A stretch of DNA of 61,276 bases from a virus. Taxonomy: Duplodnaviria > Caudoviricetes. The notes under the pieces are model-generated. The model did not search any database. It was given only the letters and a program-made list of their open reading frames with translations, and was not told the DNA's origin. Shown here piece after piece: positions 28,270 to 38,298 of the stretch (position 1 is the stretch's first letter; each line of letters opens with the position of its first letter). Where the stretch lies: positions 1 through 61,276 of IMG/VR virus record IMGVR_UViG_3300033067_002048, one strand, 5' to 3'. Position numbers and translations under genes: made by a program.

Positions 28270-28572
28270 TTATTCTTCGAGATAGACGGCGGTCACCACG
28301 CCCGAGTGCGGGTGACGTTCCACACCCGCGAATGCGTAGGTGCGGGTGCGTTGTTTGAAGTCTTCGTCCTCTGGCTTCGGCGCCTCGCGCGTGTCTTGGC
28401 CGGGTGCCACGAGCGAGGATTGCAACTGCCGATAGACCTTGCGTGAGAGCTGGAGGTCCGAGCCGTAGGGCTGCTCCAAGCTCAAGCCATCGCGCGCCAC
28501 GAAGCGCACGAAGTTGACGACGGTGGGCGCTTTGCCGCGCACATCCGCCAGCGGGTTTAGGGACATTGACAT
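28270..28572 (-). CDS. Hypothetical protein
   Basis: GGAGG RBS before ATG 28572. Confidence 0.55.
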   Translation of the reverse strand: MSMSLNPLADVRGKAPTVVNFVRFVARDGLSLEQPYGSDLQLSRKVYRQLQSSLVAPGQDTREAPKPEDEDFKQRTRTYAFAGVERHPHSGVVTAVYLEE

Positions 28573-28606
28573 CGTTGTTTTCCTCCAGGGGTGAGAGCGT
28601 TTCGAG

Positions 28607-29146
28607 CTAGTTGACGTAACCGTTTTCGTCGGGTTGCGCGAGCAACTCCGGCCGTTTTTGCATGAGGCGTTCAGCGGCGCGAAGGATGGCGCCGAGCGGT
28701 CCCTCCACATGTCGCGCTTGGGCGCGCGGGATAGGCAAGGTGCCGTCCGAGCTGACCGGGTGGAACATCTCCGAGTGCGGACAAAACCACACGTCCGTGC
28801 TCACGAGGCCGATGTGCACCACGCCGAGGTGGACGCAGCATTCATTGCGCTCGTGCTTGTGTACCGGCTCCTCGTGGTAGAACACCATCGTGATGAAGGC
28901 GCGCTCCTCCATCACGCACGTGGACGTGAAGCTCAGCGGGAGCGCCGCGCGCTCCACGAGCGCGCTCGTGCACCGCTCTACGCTCGCCTCCATCCGCGCT
29001 TGAATTTCGTCCGGCTCGAAAGCGTGCGGCGCGTCTTGGAACGTCTTAGCGCACGTCGAAAGTGCCGAGGTCAGCTCCTTACCGTACAGCTCCCACAGCT
29101 CGGGCCGGCGTTCGCGGAGCTTCATCATCGTGCTCATGTCGCTCAT
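28607..29146 (-). CDS. Hypothetical protein
   Basis: ATG overlaps the upstream stop; GGAGG RBS. Confidence 0.55.
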   Translation of the reverse strand: MSDMSTMMKLRERRPELWELYGKELTSALSTCAKTFQDAPHAFEPDEIQARMEASVERCTSALVERAALPLSFTSTCVMEERAFITMVFYHEEPVHKHERNECCVHLGVVHIGLVSTDVWFCPHSEMFHPVSSDGTLPIPRAQARHVEGPLGAILRAAERLMQKRPELLAQPDENGYVN

Positions 29147-29658
29147 ATGCCGGCCTCCGTCGCCAAGCGCTTCCACTCCAAGTAGGCCACGAGGAGCATC
29201 GAGTAGTTGGCGAGGTCGCGGAGCGTGTCCTTGACGCTCTCGTCCTTCACGTGGGTCTTGCCGCTCTTCAAGATGTTGTTGATACGGCACAGCTTGTCCG
29301 TCATGCGCGTGAGGAAGCCTTGCTCCGTGGTTGCGATGCCGAGCACCTCCACGCGCGTGAAGTTGGCGAAGGGGTCGAAGCCCTCGCCGGCATAGTCCGC
29401 GTTCTTGCGCCGGGCGATGTCCAACATGAGCATCATTTCCCTTTCCAAGAAGGGGATGAGCTGAAACGCCGCGCGCTTGCGGAGCAGCCCCGCGGCCTCT
29501 GCGATGAGGTCGTCCGCCGAGCGAACCTCGCCCAGCTCTGGGAGCGGGCAGACGTTGTGATGCTCGTGCGCATCGTCCATGTCCGTGAATTGGGCGCCGC
29601 ACGAGCAACCGCCCACCACGTCGCTATCCGCGTCTTTGTCCTCAGTCTTTGTCGTCAC
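29143..29658 (-). CDS. DUF1599 / nucleotide-modification-associated domain 1 protein
   Basis: RKNADYA....PFANF...G.LTRMTDKLCR...DESVKDTL.DLANYS motif. Confidence 0.75.
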   Translation of the reverse strand: MTTKTEDKDADSDVVGGCSCGAQFTDMDDAHEHHNVCPLPELGEVRSADDLIAEAAGLLRKRAAFQLIPFLEREMMLMLDIARRKNADYAGEGFDPFANFTRVEVLGIATTEQGFLTRMTDKLCRINNILKSGKTHVKDESVKDTLRDLANYSMLLVAYLEWKRLATEAGI

Positions 29659-29667
29659 TTTCGTCTC

Positions 29668-30580
29668 CTAGGTGTCCATCGTATTGGGCGGCGTTTTGAA
29701 AAGTGGCCGGATGTGCTTGCCCCAACACTTCCAGCACACGTCATAGCTCTCGCGTGTCGAGCTGTCCGGGTATTGGTACTCCACGCGCTCCACCGTCGCA
29801 TCGTAGCTTCGGCCGAAGACTTGCTCCTCGGTCTCCACGCGCTGGACCGTTTTCTTTGTGACCTTGCGGCTCATCGTGCGTGCCTTTGCTTGAGTGCCGT
29901 GGTCACGATTTTGACGTACAGCTCGTCACCGGCCCGAGCCCGGAGGATGGTTTTCTCCGCCAGGTGGTCCAGCCCGATGTAACGCGCGACCACAGCCCGG
30001 AGGCGGGGCCAGCGGATACGTACCATGTACTTGTCCGAGCCTTCGTTTAACGGTTGCCACTTCCGCAAGCGCGCGGCAATGCTCACTTTGCTCATCGCTG
30101 CCCGCATCGTCCCTTCTCCCCGCATCTTCCAAATCCTCCATCGCGCGTTCATAGACGCGCTTAGTGTCCCTTGCCACCTTCCACGCCGCGGTCCCGTTCG
30201 CCGCAACAAGCGCGCCCGTCACCGCTACCGCCGCGCACCCTTGCAGGGTGAGCGCGACTAAGACCCAAAGAGCCGCACGCGAAGCCATACGTAACCCGCC
30301 CTCGAAGCCCACCCGCCAGCGAAGCCGACTAGGAGGCTCATGTGCCATTCGTGGAAGTGCATCACGCTTCTCCGTTCGTCGCTTCGTATAGCTCGGCCTT
30401 GTCATGCACTTCGGTGTGGAACATCAGCGAGAAGGCGCCGAGCCCCTTGACGAGCTTGTAGCTCAACGCTGGCGAGATGTTGCCGCTCTGCTCATAGACG
30501 CCCGTGTTGATGAAGCTGATGAGGTCGTCCAGCTCGGCGTCCGTCAACTCCATCTCCACCTTGGTCGTGGGCTCGGCCAT
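29668..30580 (-). CDS. Cluster of small hypothetical genes (29668-29874, 29871-30095, lipoprotein 29926-30288, 30362-30580)
   Basis: Tightly packed minus-strand ORFs; 29926-30288 has an LVALTLQGC lipobox. Confidence 0.5.
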
Positions 30581-30581
30581 G

Positions 30582-31214
30582 TTACACCGTCTCCCGTTGC
30601 GACGCGGTCACGCGCACGGTGCGGTTGTCGGTCACGACCACGCCAAACTTCGCGGCGTTCTCCACCGTGATTTCCTCGGCGTCAACCGCGGCTTGGAGCG
30701 CCACCTCGTCCACCACGCGCTTGAAGAATTTGGCCGGGAGCTTCGCCGGGTCCAAGACCTCCACGTCCAGCTTGCCTACGAACGCGATGCCCTTGACCTT
30801 CGGTGGGAGCACGGCCTCGGCGTCCGCTTGAAGCGCTCGCGCCTTCGTCGGGTCCTTCTTGCCGAGCTTCGTGGCCTCCTTCATGAGCTTGATGCGGTCG
30901 GACTCGCGCTGGACGTTGTACTCCCGCACGAGCCCCTTGGCGGTCGCTTCGAGCACCGCGAGCGCGTCCTCCGCGGGCTTGCACCACTTGTTCACCGCGG
31001 CGATGATGGCCTTGGCCGGCCCGATGATTTCGTCCTTGCGCTCGGCCACGGCCTTCTTTTTGGTCGCGACCTCGAAGAGGATGTCACAGACGCCTTTGTA
31101 GTCGGCGTCATCTTTGACCGGGAGGCCGCTCAGCAAGTTCGTGCTGTGAGCCACGGAGGTCTTCACCTCGGCAACGTATTCTTGGACAGGCTGCTCGTTC
31201 ACTTCTGCTTTCAT
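30582..31214 (-). CDS. Coiled-coil protein, Gp157-like C-terminus
   Basis: Long coiled coil then PKVKGI....DVEVLDPAKLP..F..VDE, as in phage recombination-region proteins. Confidence 0.55.
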   Translation of the reverse strand: MKAEVNEQPVQEYVAEVKTSVAHSTNLLSGLPVKDDADYKGVCDILFEVATKKKAVAERKDEIIGPAKAIIAAVNKWCKPAEDALAVLEATAKGLVREYNVQRESDRIKLMKEATKLGKKDPTKARALQADAEAVLPPKVKGIAFVGKLDVEVLDPAKLPAKFFKRVVDEVALQAAVDAEEITVENAAKFGVVVTDNRTVRVTASQRETV

Positions 31215-31264
31215 CTTCGTTCTCCTCTAGTTGTAATGCCCTTAGATACGCAAGCGGTTCTATC

Positions 31265-31435
31265 TTACGTGCCTCGTTTGGTCAAGTAGTCTTCCAAGAT
31301 GACGTTCACTTTTTCGGACTCCGAAAGCTTCGGCATGACCTTCTTGAGGCGCTCACGAAGCGTCGTGTAGCACCGCACGTAAATCACCGAATCGAAGCCG
31401 GGCACCTTGTTCTTGCTTCCCTTGACGCGAGCCAT
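31265..31435 (-). CDS. Small ribbon-helix-helix-like DNA-binding protein
   Basis: Translated by hand (not in the ORF track): MARVKGSKNKVPGFDSVIYVRCYTTLRERLKKVMPKLSESEKVNVILEDYLTKRGT; AAGGAG RBS. Confidence 0.5.
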   Translation of the reverse strand: MARVKGSKNKVPGFDSVIYVRCYTTLRERLKKVMPKLSESEKVNVILEDYLTKRGT

Positions 31436-31445
31436 TTTTCTCTCC

Positions 31446-33058
31446 TTACTTGGGGTTGAGCGCGTACTTTACGCGGTCGAATCTTTCGAGCTGCTTTCGC
31501 AGGCTCTTGGCTTGCGAAGCGGTCAACTCGGGCTCCACGCCCAATTTGGTGTTGACCCAGGTGCGCAGCTCGGCGAGCACCTTGTCCGGGTCTTCCCTAG
31601 GTCCCACCTCGGCCTCCGCTTCAATGCGTTCGGCCTCGAAGTTCCCGAGGTTGACGACTCTTTGATACATCACGCGTCTGATTTTCATGTCCCTTCTCCT
31701 TTTGCGCCGTTAGCGCTTTTATCCGATAAAGGCGCAAGCGTCAAATGACGCTCGCCCCGGCTCTCCCACCAATAACATCCGGGTTCGTGGTCCGCCTTGA
31801 GCTGCTCCCACGAACCATCATCGTTGACGGTCGGGAGCATGTTCTCGCGGAGCCCGGCGTGCCGCATGTAGCTCAGCACCTTCATGTAGCGCTTGCAGTA
31901 CGGGCACGAGCGCTGCGCTAGTTCGCGCGTCATGGTCTCTCCTTTTCTCGGCACTTGTGGGCCGCCTCGTGCTGCTCCACGTTCCCGCGCGCCTCGTCAA
32001 CGGCTCGGCGCATGCTCGGCCACCATTCGCCCGAGCTGAGTGACGAGCCGCACACGCAATCCACGAAAGCGTAAAACTCCATCCCGTGGCGTGCCTTCTT
32101 GTCCGTGCGCCCCATCAAGCGCACCTTGCGTCCGTCTGCCAATCTGCTCAACGTTTCTTCGTAAGCCATTGCCCGCTCCTTGTTTGTTCGGCCGTTCAAT
32201 CGGGGCGCCGAGTCTCCTCGGCGACCCTCAGAACCTCCGACCTCAGACGATGAGGCACCCATACTTGAAGCCCATCACCTCCAACGCTTTTTTCTCCATC
32301 GCGCGGTAGGCGCTCGCGGCCCGATGGTCGCCCTTCGCTTCGCAGTCCGCGAGGAGCTTGCGGATGGTGATGAGGTAGTTGGCAGCGTGCTTCTTGTTCG
32401 TTTCGTTCGTGTTCATGAGAGGTACTCTACTCCTCCAGAATAAAAGTGCAAGCTCTTTTATTCTTTTCTTCAAAATTTTTCTACCATCTCCACGTCCAGC
32501 GTCTCCACGTCACAGTCCGTGACCCACGTGCGGATGATGCCGGTCCACAGCTCCACGACCTTGAACGGCCCGTCCTCGGCGCGTTTCTCCACCACGGCCA
32601 TATACGGCCCCTGATGCTCGCGCATGAAGACGGTCCCGGGCGTGAGCCGGAAGAAACGGTCCTTGATGCGGGTCGGCGTCTTGAACCTCAGCATAGGATG
32701 ACCACCCGGCGCCCATCCGCGAGCCGCGCCTTGTAGTTGCGGCACGTGCACCGCATGTCATGCGCGCCGAGATGGTGGCACGGCATGTTGCGAAAGAGCC
32801 GCCCGCTCCGCGCGTTGTAATGCTGCCCGGCCGTATGGCCGCAATCGCACAACGGCGCTTGCGCCTGCTTCACTGCTACCCAATTTGACGTTGGCTCACT
32901 CATCGTTTCTCCCTGTAAAGGTGTGGATGTTCCAGCTTGAAGCGCAGCATATCCGCGCGGAGGCAGTCAGAGCATTGCCAGCACCCCACGGGGACCGACG
33001 CTCCGCACGTGATGCACGGCTTTGTACCACTCGGATATTTGAAAGGTTGCGTGTTCAT
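31446..33058 (-). CDS. Cluster of small early genes (31446-31688, 31685-31932, 31930-32169, 32243-32416, 32470-32694, 32688-32903, 32900-33058)
   Basis: Short, often Cys-rich ORFs with RBSs or coupled stops, downstream of the repeated promoters. Confidence 0.5.
32189..32240 (-). repeat. Repeated hairpin element, copy 1
   Basis: Minus strand GTTC-TGA-GGGTCGCCGAG-GAGA-CTCGGCGCCCC-GATT-GAAC; matches 33123-33177. Confidence 0.75.
32417..32480 (-). promoter_or_regulatory. Sigma70-like early promoter, copy 1
   Basis: TTGCAC-16 nt-TAGAGT with an A-rich UP-like tract; near-identical to copy 2. Confidence 0.7.
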
Positions 33059-33122
33059 GAGAGGTACTCTACTCCTCCGAAATAAAAGTGCAAGCTCTTT
33101 TATTCTTTTTCTGAAAATATTT
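33059..33122 (-). promoter_or_regulatory. Sigma70-like early promoter, copy 2
   Basis: TTGCAC-16 nt-TAGAGT; direct repeat of about 60 bp of copy 1, including ATGAACAC. Confidence 0.7.
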
Positions 33123-33177
33123 TCGGCCGTTCAATCGGGCGCCGGAAGTCTCCCTCCGGCGCCCTCAGAACATCCGA
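33123..33177 (-). repeat. Repeated hairpin element, copy 2
   Basis: Minus strand GTTC-TGA-GGGCGCCGGAGG-GAGA-CTTCCGGCGCCC-GATT-GAAC. Confidence 0.75.
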
Positions 33178-33182
33178 AAACG

Positions 33183-34355
33183 TTACGCCACCATGTCCAT
33201 GAGCTTGCCGGCGCGGGCTTCGAGGTCCGTGCGGTCATCCGCGTTCGCGATGTCACGCGCGACGGCCGTCAAGCCTTGCTCGATGTTCCACAGCGAGAGT
33301 GGGTTGCCGGGGCGGGTCTCGGCGTAGTCCATCGCTTCGGCCACTTGCGTTTGCGTGAACTTCATCCCGGCCAGCTTGGCCTTCACGGCCTTGACGTTGT
33401 CCCCGAGGGTGAGGTCTTGCGCGCGCCGAATCATCTCCACCGTGCTTTGCGTGCCGCTCTCCAAGTAGCGGGTGAGCGTCGGGCGAGCTTCGCGGAGGAA
33501 GCGGTCCGGGGCGCCGGCCGTGTGGCGGATGCGAAGCTCCTTGAAGTCCCGCACGCCCCACACGTTGCGGTTGTCGCAGACGTGGTCATAAAGGAACGAC
33601 GCGAGCACGAGCGAGCCATGCATGGTCTCAGAGTTGGCGACGTAGAAGCCGCGGAACAACTCGTGGCCGGGCTCGCCGGGCACTTCGATGGGGTGCGTGT
33701 CGTCCACGAGGAAGACGAACACGTCACGGTCCGAGGCGTAGAGCGTGGTTGCGCGCTTCGGGTCCTTCGCCGCGTAGCTCGCGCTCGGCACCTTCCACTC
33801 CGGGCCACAGTTGCGCATGACGGCGTCCACCACTTCGATGTCCCAGATACGGCCGTAGCTCGGGCTCGTGATGCAGCGCGCTTGCGTGGGCGTCTCTGAG
33901 CCCGCAAGGTCGTCACGCATGATGAGGAGCTTGGCGTCTTGGCGTTCCGCCTTGCTCAAGCTGTAGCTCAGATTGAGCGCGGCGAGCGGCGCCGGGAGCT
34001 TGCGGAGGTAGGCCGCCGGCACTTGGGCGCGCGAGCAGAGCTGACCGAAGCTCGCGTGGGTGAGGCGCGCACCCTGGCTATTCGTGTCCTTGTTGAACAC
34101 CACAACCTCTTGCTCCATGCCTTCCGCGTCGCGGTCCGCGGCGCGCACGTCGAAGCGCTCCAAGGCCGCGCCCGGAAGCTCGCGGCTACGGTTGCGGCGG
34201 TCCAAGACCGAAGCGCGCAAGGACGCCATGTCCACGAAGCGTTGGTCATCAGGGCGGCTCGCCCATTGGCGCGAGACGGTGCCGAGGACGGCCATTTCTT
34301 TCACTTCGCGGACTTTGACGGGGCTGGACTGGGTGGTGGTTTCGGTCGTGGTCAT
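33183..34355 (-). CDS. DUF932-family protein
   Basis: QWASRPDDQRF, SFGQLC....PA.YL..LP, TSPSYGRI.D, LYASDRDVFVFLVD, RGFYVANSE, VCDN, IRHT motifs. Confidence 0.75.
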   Translation of the reverse strand: MTTTETTTQSSPVKVREVKEMAVLGTVSRQWASRPDDQRFVDMASLRASVLDRRNRSRELPGAALERFDVRAADRDAEGMEQEVVVFNKDTNSQGARLTHASFGQLCSRAQVPAAYLRKLPAPLAALNLSYSLSKAERQDAKLLIMRDDLAGSETPTQARCITSPSYGRIWDIEVVDAVMRNCGPEWKVPSASYAAKDPKRATTLYASDRDVFVFLVDDTHPIEVPGEPGHELFRGFYVANSETMHGSLVLASFLYDHVCDNRNVWGVRDFKELRIRHTAGAPDRFLREARPTLTRYLESGTQSTVEMIRRAQDLTLGDNVKAVKAKLAGMKFTQTQVAEAMDYAETRPGNPLSLWNIEQGLTAVARDIANADDRTDLEARAGKLMDMVA

Positions 34356-34411
34356 TTGAGGCTCCATGTTCGGTCGGCGGCTTCCGGGACCATCCCGGAC
34401 GGCGTCAACCA

Positions 34412-34480
34412 ATGAAGACACTCTACACGAACAAATTAAAAGCGCAAGCTAGTCTATGCTCTTTTTCTAAAAATATTTTA
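34412..34480 (-). promoter_or_regulatory. Sigma70-like early promoter, copy 3
   Basis: TTGCGC-16 nt-TAGAGT with AT-rich upstream DNA. Confidence 0.65.
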
Positions 34481-34538
34481 GCTTGCGTTTCTATTCTAGG
34501 TGTTCTAGGGGCGATAGCCGAAGGGTGCGGGCTCGCGC

Positions 34539-35078
34539 CTAGCGGCCTTGGCCCCATCGGGCGAGCGCGATGGCGTCCACGACGTTGTGGCGGTAGCTCC
34601 GCGCCGGCCACACCACGCGCTCGTGTTCTTCTTTCGTGAGCCCGAGCGGCGGCGCGAGGAACAAGCGCGACTCCAACGCGTCCGTGGGGACGCCACGCTT
34701 CCACACGCTCACGGGCGCGCGGGCGATGTGCGCGCCCGGGAACGCGTTGCGGATGCCCTCCACGATGCGCCCGATGACGAAGCAAAGCTCCAAAAGGTCC
34801 GTGGTAGCGGCGTTGCCCCGCGCCCGGCCGTTCTCCGTCTCGGGCATTTCCACGACGAAGCGCAGCTCATCGCTTGGTTGATAGATGGCCCACGGTCCCG
34901 GCCGGCTGATGCCGAGCACGACGGCGCGCATTGTCGCGTTGACGATGTCCGGGTCCAATGCCTCAGCGGTTTGGGTGCGCGCCCACATCGCGTGTCGGAG
35001 CACATTTTGCTGGACAACAGCCACGCCGCACGCGTGCACGCCGGGGTCAATACCGATGTAGATTGCGCTCGGGCTCAT
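34539..35078 (-). CDS. RuvC-like Holliday junction resolvase
   Basis: IGIDPG...GVA, VVE.P, P...WK and HNVVDA acidic RNase H-fold motifs. Confidence 0.8.
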   Translation of the reverse strand: MSPSAIYIGIDPGVHACGVAVVQQNVLRHAMWARTQTAEALDPDIVNATMRAVVLGISRPGPWAIYQPSDELRFVVEMPETENGRARGNAATTDLLELCFVIGRIVEGIRNAFPGAHIARAPVSVWKRGVPTDALESRLFLAPPLGLTKEEHERVVWPARSYRHNVVDAIALARWGQGR

Positions 35079-36116
35079 ACGATTGAACGTCCCCTTTGAT
35101 TTCGATTTGGCGCAGTTCGGGGAGCGTGCGCACCACCTCAAGCTTCATCTCGCCGCGTGGCATGATGAGCAGCTCTCCGCGCGCCTCGGACTCAGCCAAT
35201 GTTTTCTTGATGGCAGCTTCTATCGCGGCAATGCGCTCATCGTCCCACTTGAGCAACGGCAAGCCGAAGCGCGGGTCCGGCATCTTCGTGGGATAGAGCG
35301 CTTCGAGGATGTTGGCCTCCATCTCGACACGCAAGCATTGCATGACGTGGAGCACGTCAACGATGAACCAAAACTCGTCTTGCGTCCACGTGCGCCTAGC
35401 GCCGCCCGGTAGCTCGAATTTGGCTCGGGTCGCCGCGGCCAAGCGACGGTCACGCACGCGGCGTTGTTTGGCGTTCATTCGTGCCCCTCACAGACGCACT
35501 TGACCTCGTGCTCCTCCACGTCGCGCGAGCGGTATTGCTCTTGGACCTTGGCCGCCTCGTGCCTTGCGGCCTTCTCGCAAACGTAGACGCCCACGGTCTC
35601 ACGGTCTCCGTGCCCGTAGCCGTCGCCCCAGCTCTCAATGACCACGTAGACCTTCATGGCTTGTCCGCGCAGCGCTCGGCCACTTCATCGCAGAGGTAGC
35701 CGTCTGCGATGGCGCAGTGTTGCACGGCCTCCTTGCAGTCCTTGGCCGGGCACGCTTCGTAACAGATGGCCAGGAAGATGAGCGCCGCGATAGAGCCGAT
35801 GATTTCAGCCCAAAAATCATCGCGCATCGAGCACCTCCGGCGCGAATTCAGCGCGCAGCTTGTCTATCGCCTTGTTCATCGCTGCTTGCGTGTCCGCTGG
35901 GAGCCGGCGCGAGAGTCGATAGCGCACGCGCTCCAACACCTCCGACACGGTTTGCTCCACGACAAAACGACACGTAGCGTCTACGAGCCCGCTCGCGTCG
36001 GGCGGCGTCCATCCCGTGTTCACTTGCTCGTGCTGGCCGCGCTCGATGGCGCGCTTGAGCATGCTGCTAACGAACGCGTCGCGCTTGAGCGCTTCGGGCG
36101 AGCGCCTCATAGACAA
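35047..36116 (-). CDS. Small hypothetical genes (35047-35478, 35475-35657, 35817-36110)
   Basis: Coupled minus-strand ORFs. Confidence 0.5.
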
Positions 36117-36505
36117 CCCACTTGCTCAAGCACTTCGACACGCGCGAGCACGCCGGCCGGGCGCGCTTGCTGGAGCGCACGCTCGGCCGCGAGCTGGGCA
36201 CCGTCCACAGAGAAGCTCGTGCGGCGCACGATGACGATGAAGTAGGCGCGCAGCTCCACGCGCGGCTTCTCCCGCAAGAACCAACGCCGCCACCACGAGG
36301 GCTCATAGCGCGTCGTCTCATCTCGGTAGGCCACCGTGACAGCCTCGGGCGTAGCCTCAAGAAGCTGCGCGGCTATGTCGTGCACGGAGCCGCCGCGGTT
36401 GCCTCGCGCGAGCACGCGCTTGACGCGCGCCCGGAGCTGCTCGTCCGTTTCGTCGGGCTTGCGCTCCACGCCGAGGAGCGTGCCTAAGAAGTCTTCATGA
36501 TTCAT
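36107..36505 (-). CDS. Baseplate-wedge-like protein outside the tail module
   Basis: LG.LLGVER.PDETDEQLRARV...GS..DI...ARPAGV signature. Confidence 0.5.
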   Translation of the reverse strand: MNHEDFLGTLLGVERKPDETDEQLRARVKRVLARGNRGGSVHDIAAQLLEATPEAVTVAYRDETTRYEPSWWRRWFLREKPRVELRAYFIVIVRRTSFSVDGAQLAAERALQQARPAGVLARVEVLEQVGCL

Positions 36506-37930
36506 CGTTCCACCCGTCCTTCACCAGCCGTTGTTTGATTTGTTGCACACGCTCCTCGCGGCGCTCGTTCTTCTCGGAGAGCTTCCACATGCGGCTGTGC
36601 ACGCCTCCGCACGCCGCCCAGAAGCAACACGGGCACCCGCCCTCGCTCGCAAACTTCGCTTGTGCCCGGTCTATCGTGTCTCGCGTGCGCTTGATTTGGC
36701 GCAGCAAGTGATACAACTCCAGCCGCAGCCCGCGGAGCTTGCGGCGCGGGCTACAACCGAGGAAGCAAAGCAGCTTACGCATAGCCGCGCGCCTCATTTT
36801 CGAGCCGGTCCACGCGGTCCTTGAGCGCATCGATTGCGCCCTTGGCGTTATGGAGCGAAACGTGCGCTATAGCCAGCTCGCGGAGCAACTCGGTCATGAC
36901 GTGCTGTAGCCGCGGGTCCGGTCCGTGAATGAAGTGCGCCCGCGTCTTGAAGCTCGCCACGAAGCTTTTTGCGATGGCCTGCTCCTCTTCTGTTAGCTCA
37001 GCGAACATCGGACACACCTAAAATGCCTGTAGAGAGCGGTGCCCACAGCTTGCGCATGTATTCCCACCGCGTCGTGAGCCACTTGTGCACCGCGGGCTCA
37101 TCCTCAGCGCGGATGTTTTTGATGGTGTGGGAGACGAAGATGCCCTTACGCTGGAGCATCATGAAGATGGTCAGCTCCGGCGTATCACAGCCGTTCCACT
37201 CCGGGCCGGCGGGATTCCAGTCCCACCGAAACGGCATGTTGTAATCGTCATCCGCATCACCAAATTCCTCGAAGAACGCCGCCCAGCTTTCCCACGAGTG
37301 TTTACACTCGTTGCTGTAGTAGTTGGCCGTGGAGCAGTGATACGGGTGCTCCACGCCCCACAGCTTGCCAGCGGCAAGTCCCGCCGCACGCCACGCCTTC
37401 TCCTCTTTCTCGTTCTTGACCGGTGTGTTGTAGTCCATTTCCCTTCTCCTTTGCCCTGCCACGGGCGTTTCATGTGACCCTAAAGGTCACTGCGTTTGTT
37501 TAGGTGCTAGCGCTTTTAGCTCTTGCAGGTATTTGCAGAAGTCGTCAATACACCGCACCGGAATGTGGATGCTTTCGTGCGAGCCCGTGAGGTCCATGCG
37601 TATCTCCACCGCGGCGTGGTTCGGACTGCCCTCCTCTTTGAGCTGCATGTAGTAGCGCCAGAATTGCCGGCGCGTGAGCTTGTCCACGTCCGCCGCGGCG
37701 CTTGCCGCTGCGCTCGCCAAGTCCTTCGCTACCGCTCGGCGCCGCTCCAGCTCCAAGCGCTGGAGCGGGCCGCAGTTGTGGCCTTGTTTCTGCTCCTCGC
37801 TGCAATGGTCACACATCGGGAGCGAGCCCGAGCCGGCGCACCGCTCGCAACGTTCGTATTGAAAGCGGAGCCCGAGCGGCGCCTTGAGCGCACCCGAGCC
37901 CTCGCACGTCGGACACATCTTGCCGCTCAT
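36495..37930 (-). CDS. Hypothetical genes (36495-36782, 36775-37017, 36998-37438, DnaJ-type zinc-finger protein 37487-37930)
   Basis: Coupled ORFs; the last has CPTCEGSG...CERCAGSG. Confidence 0.5.
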
Positions 37931-38298
37931 GATGCCGCTCCGATTTGCACGAGCGGCTCCATCGTGCACCCGCGCCCGACGTAATCGCACGCTCCGCCGT
38001 AGGGGTATTCGCTACACATGCGCGGGCGCTTCTCGTAGACCGTGCAATCGCCCGTCTCTTTGTTGAGGTGCCGACACGTGTAGTATTCGCCCTCATCTCC
38101 GTTCGGGTAGGTCTTCGGCTCGCCGAGCGGGACCACCATGTCGTGGATAAAGACGATGTCCGAGATACGCTTGCGCCCGTTGGCGTCCACATCTTCACCG
38201 CGCAAAGCCGCTTGCGCGTTAACTGTGAGGTCCGCCAGCCTGAGCGGCAGCGGAAAGCGCTGGCAACAATGTCCCGTGCACCGGCTCATCAGCAACAC
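37927..38298 (-). CDS. YkgJ-family cysteine-cluster protein
   Basis: RCTGHCC...CRHL....GDCTVYEKRPRMCSEYP. Confidence 0.8.
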   Translation of the reverse strand: MLLMSRCTGHCCQRFPLPLRLADLTVNAQAALRGEDVDANGRKRISDIVFIHDMVVPLGEPKTYPNGDEGEYYTCRHLNKETGDCTVYEKRPRMCSEYPYGGACDYVGRGCTMEPLVQIGAAS

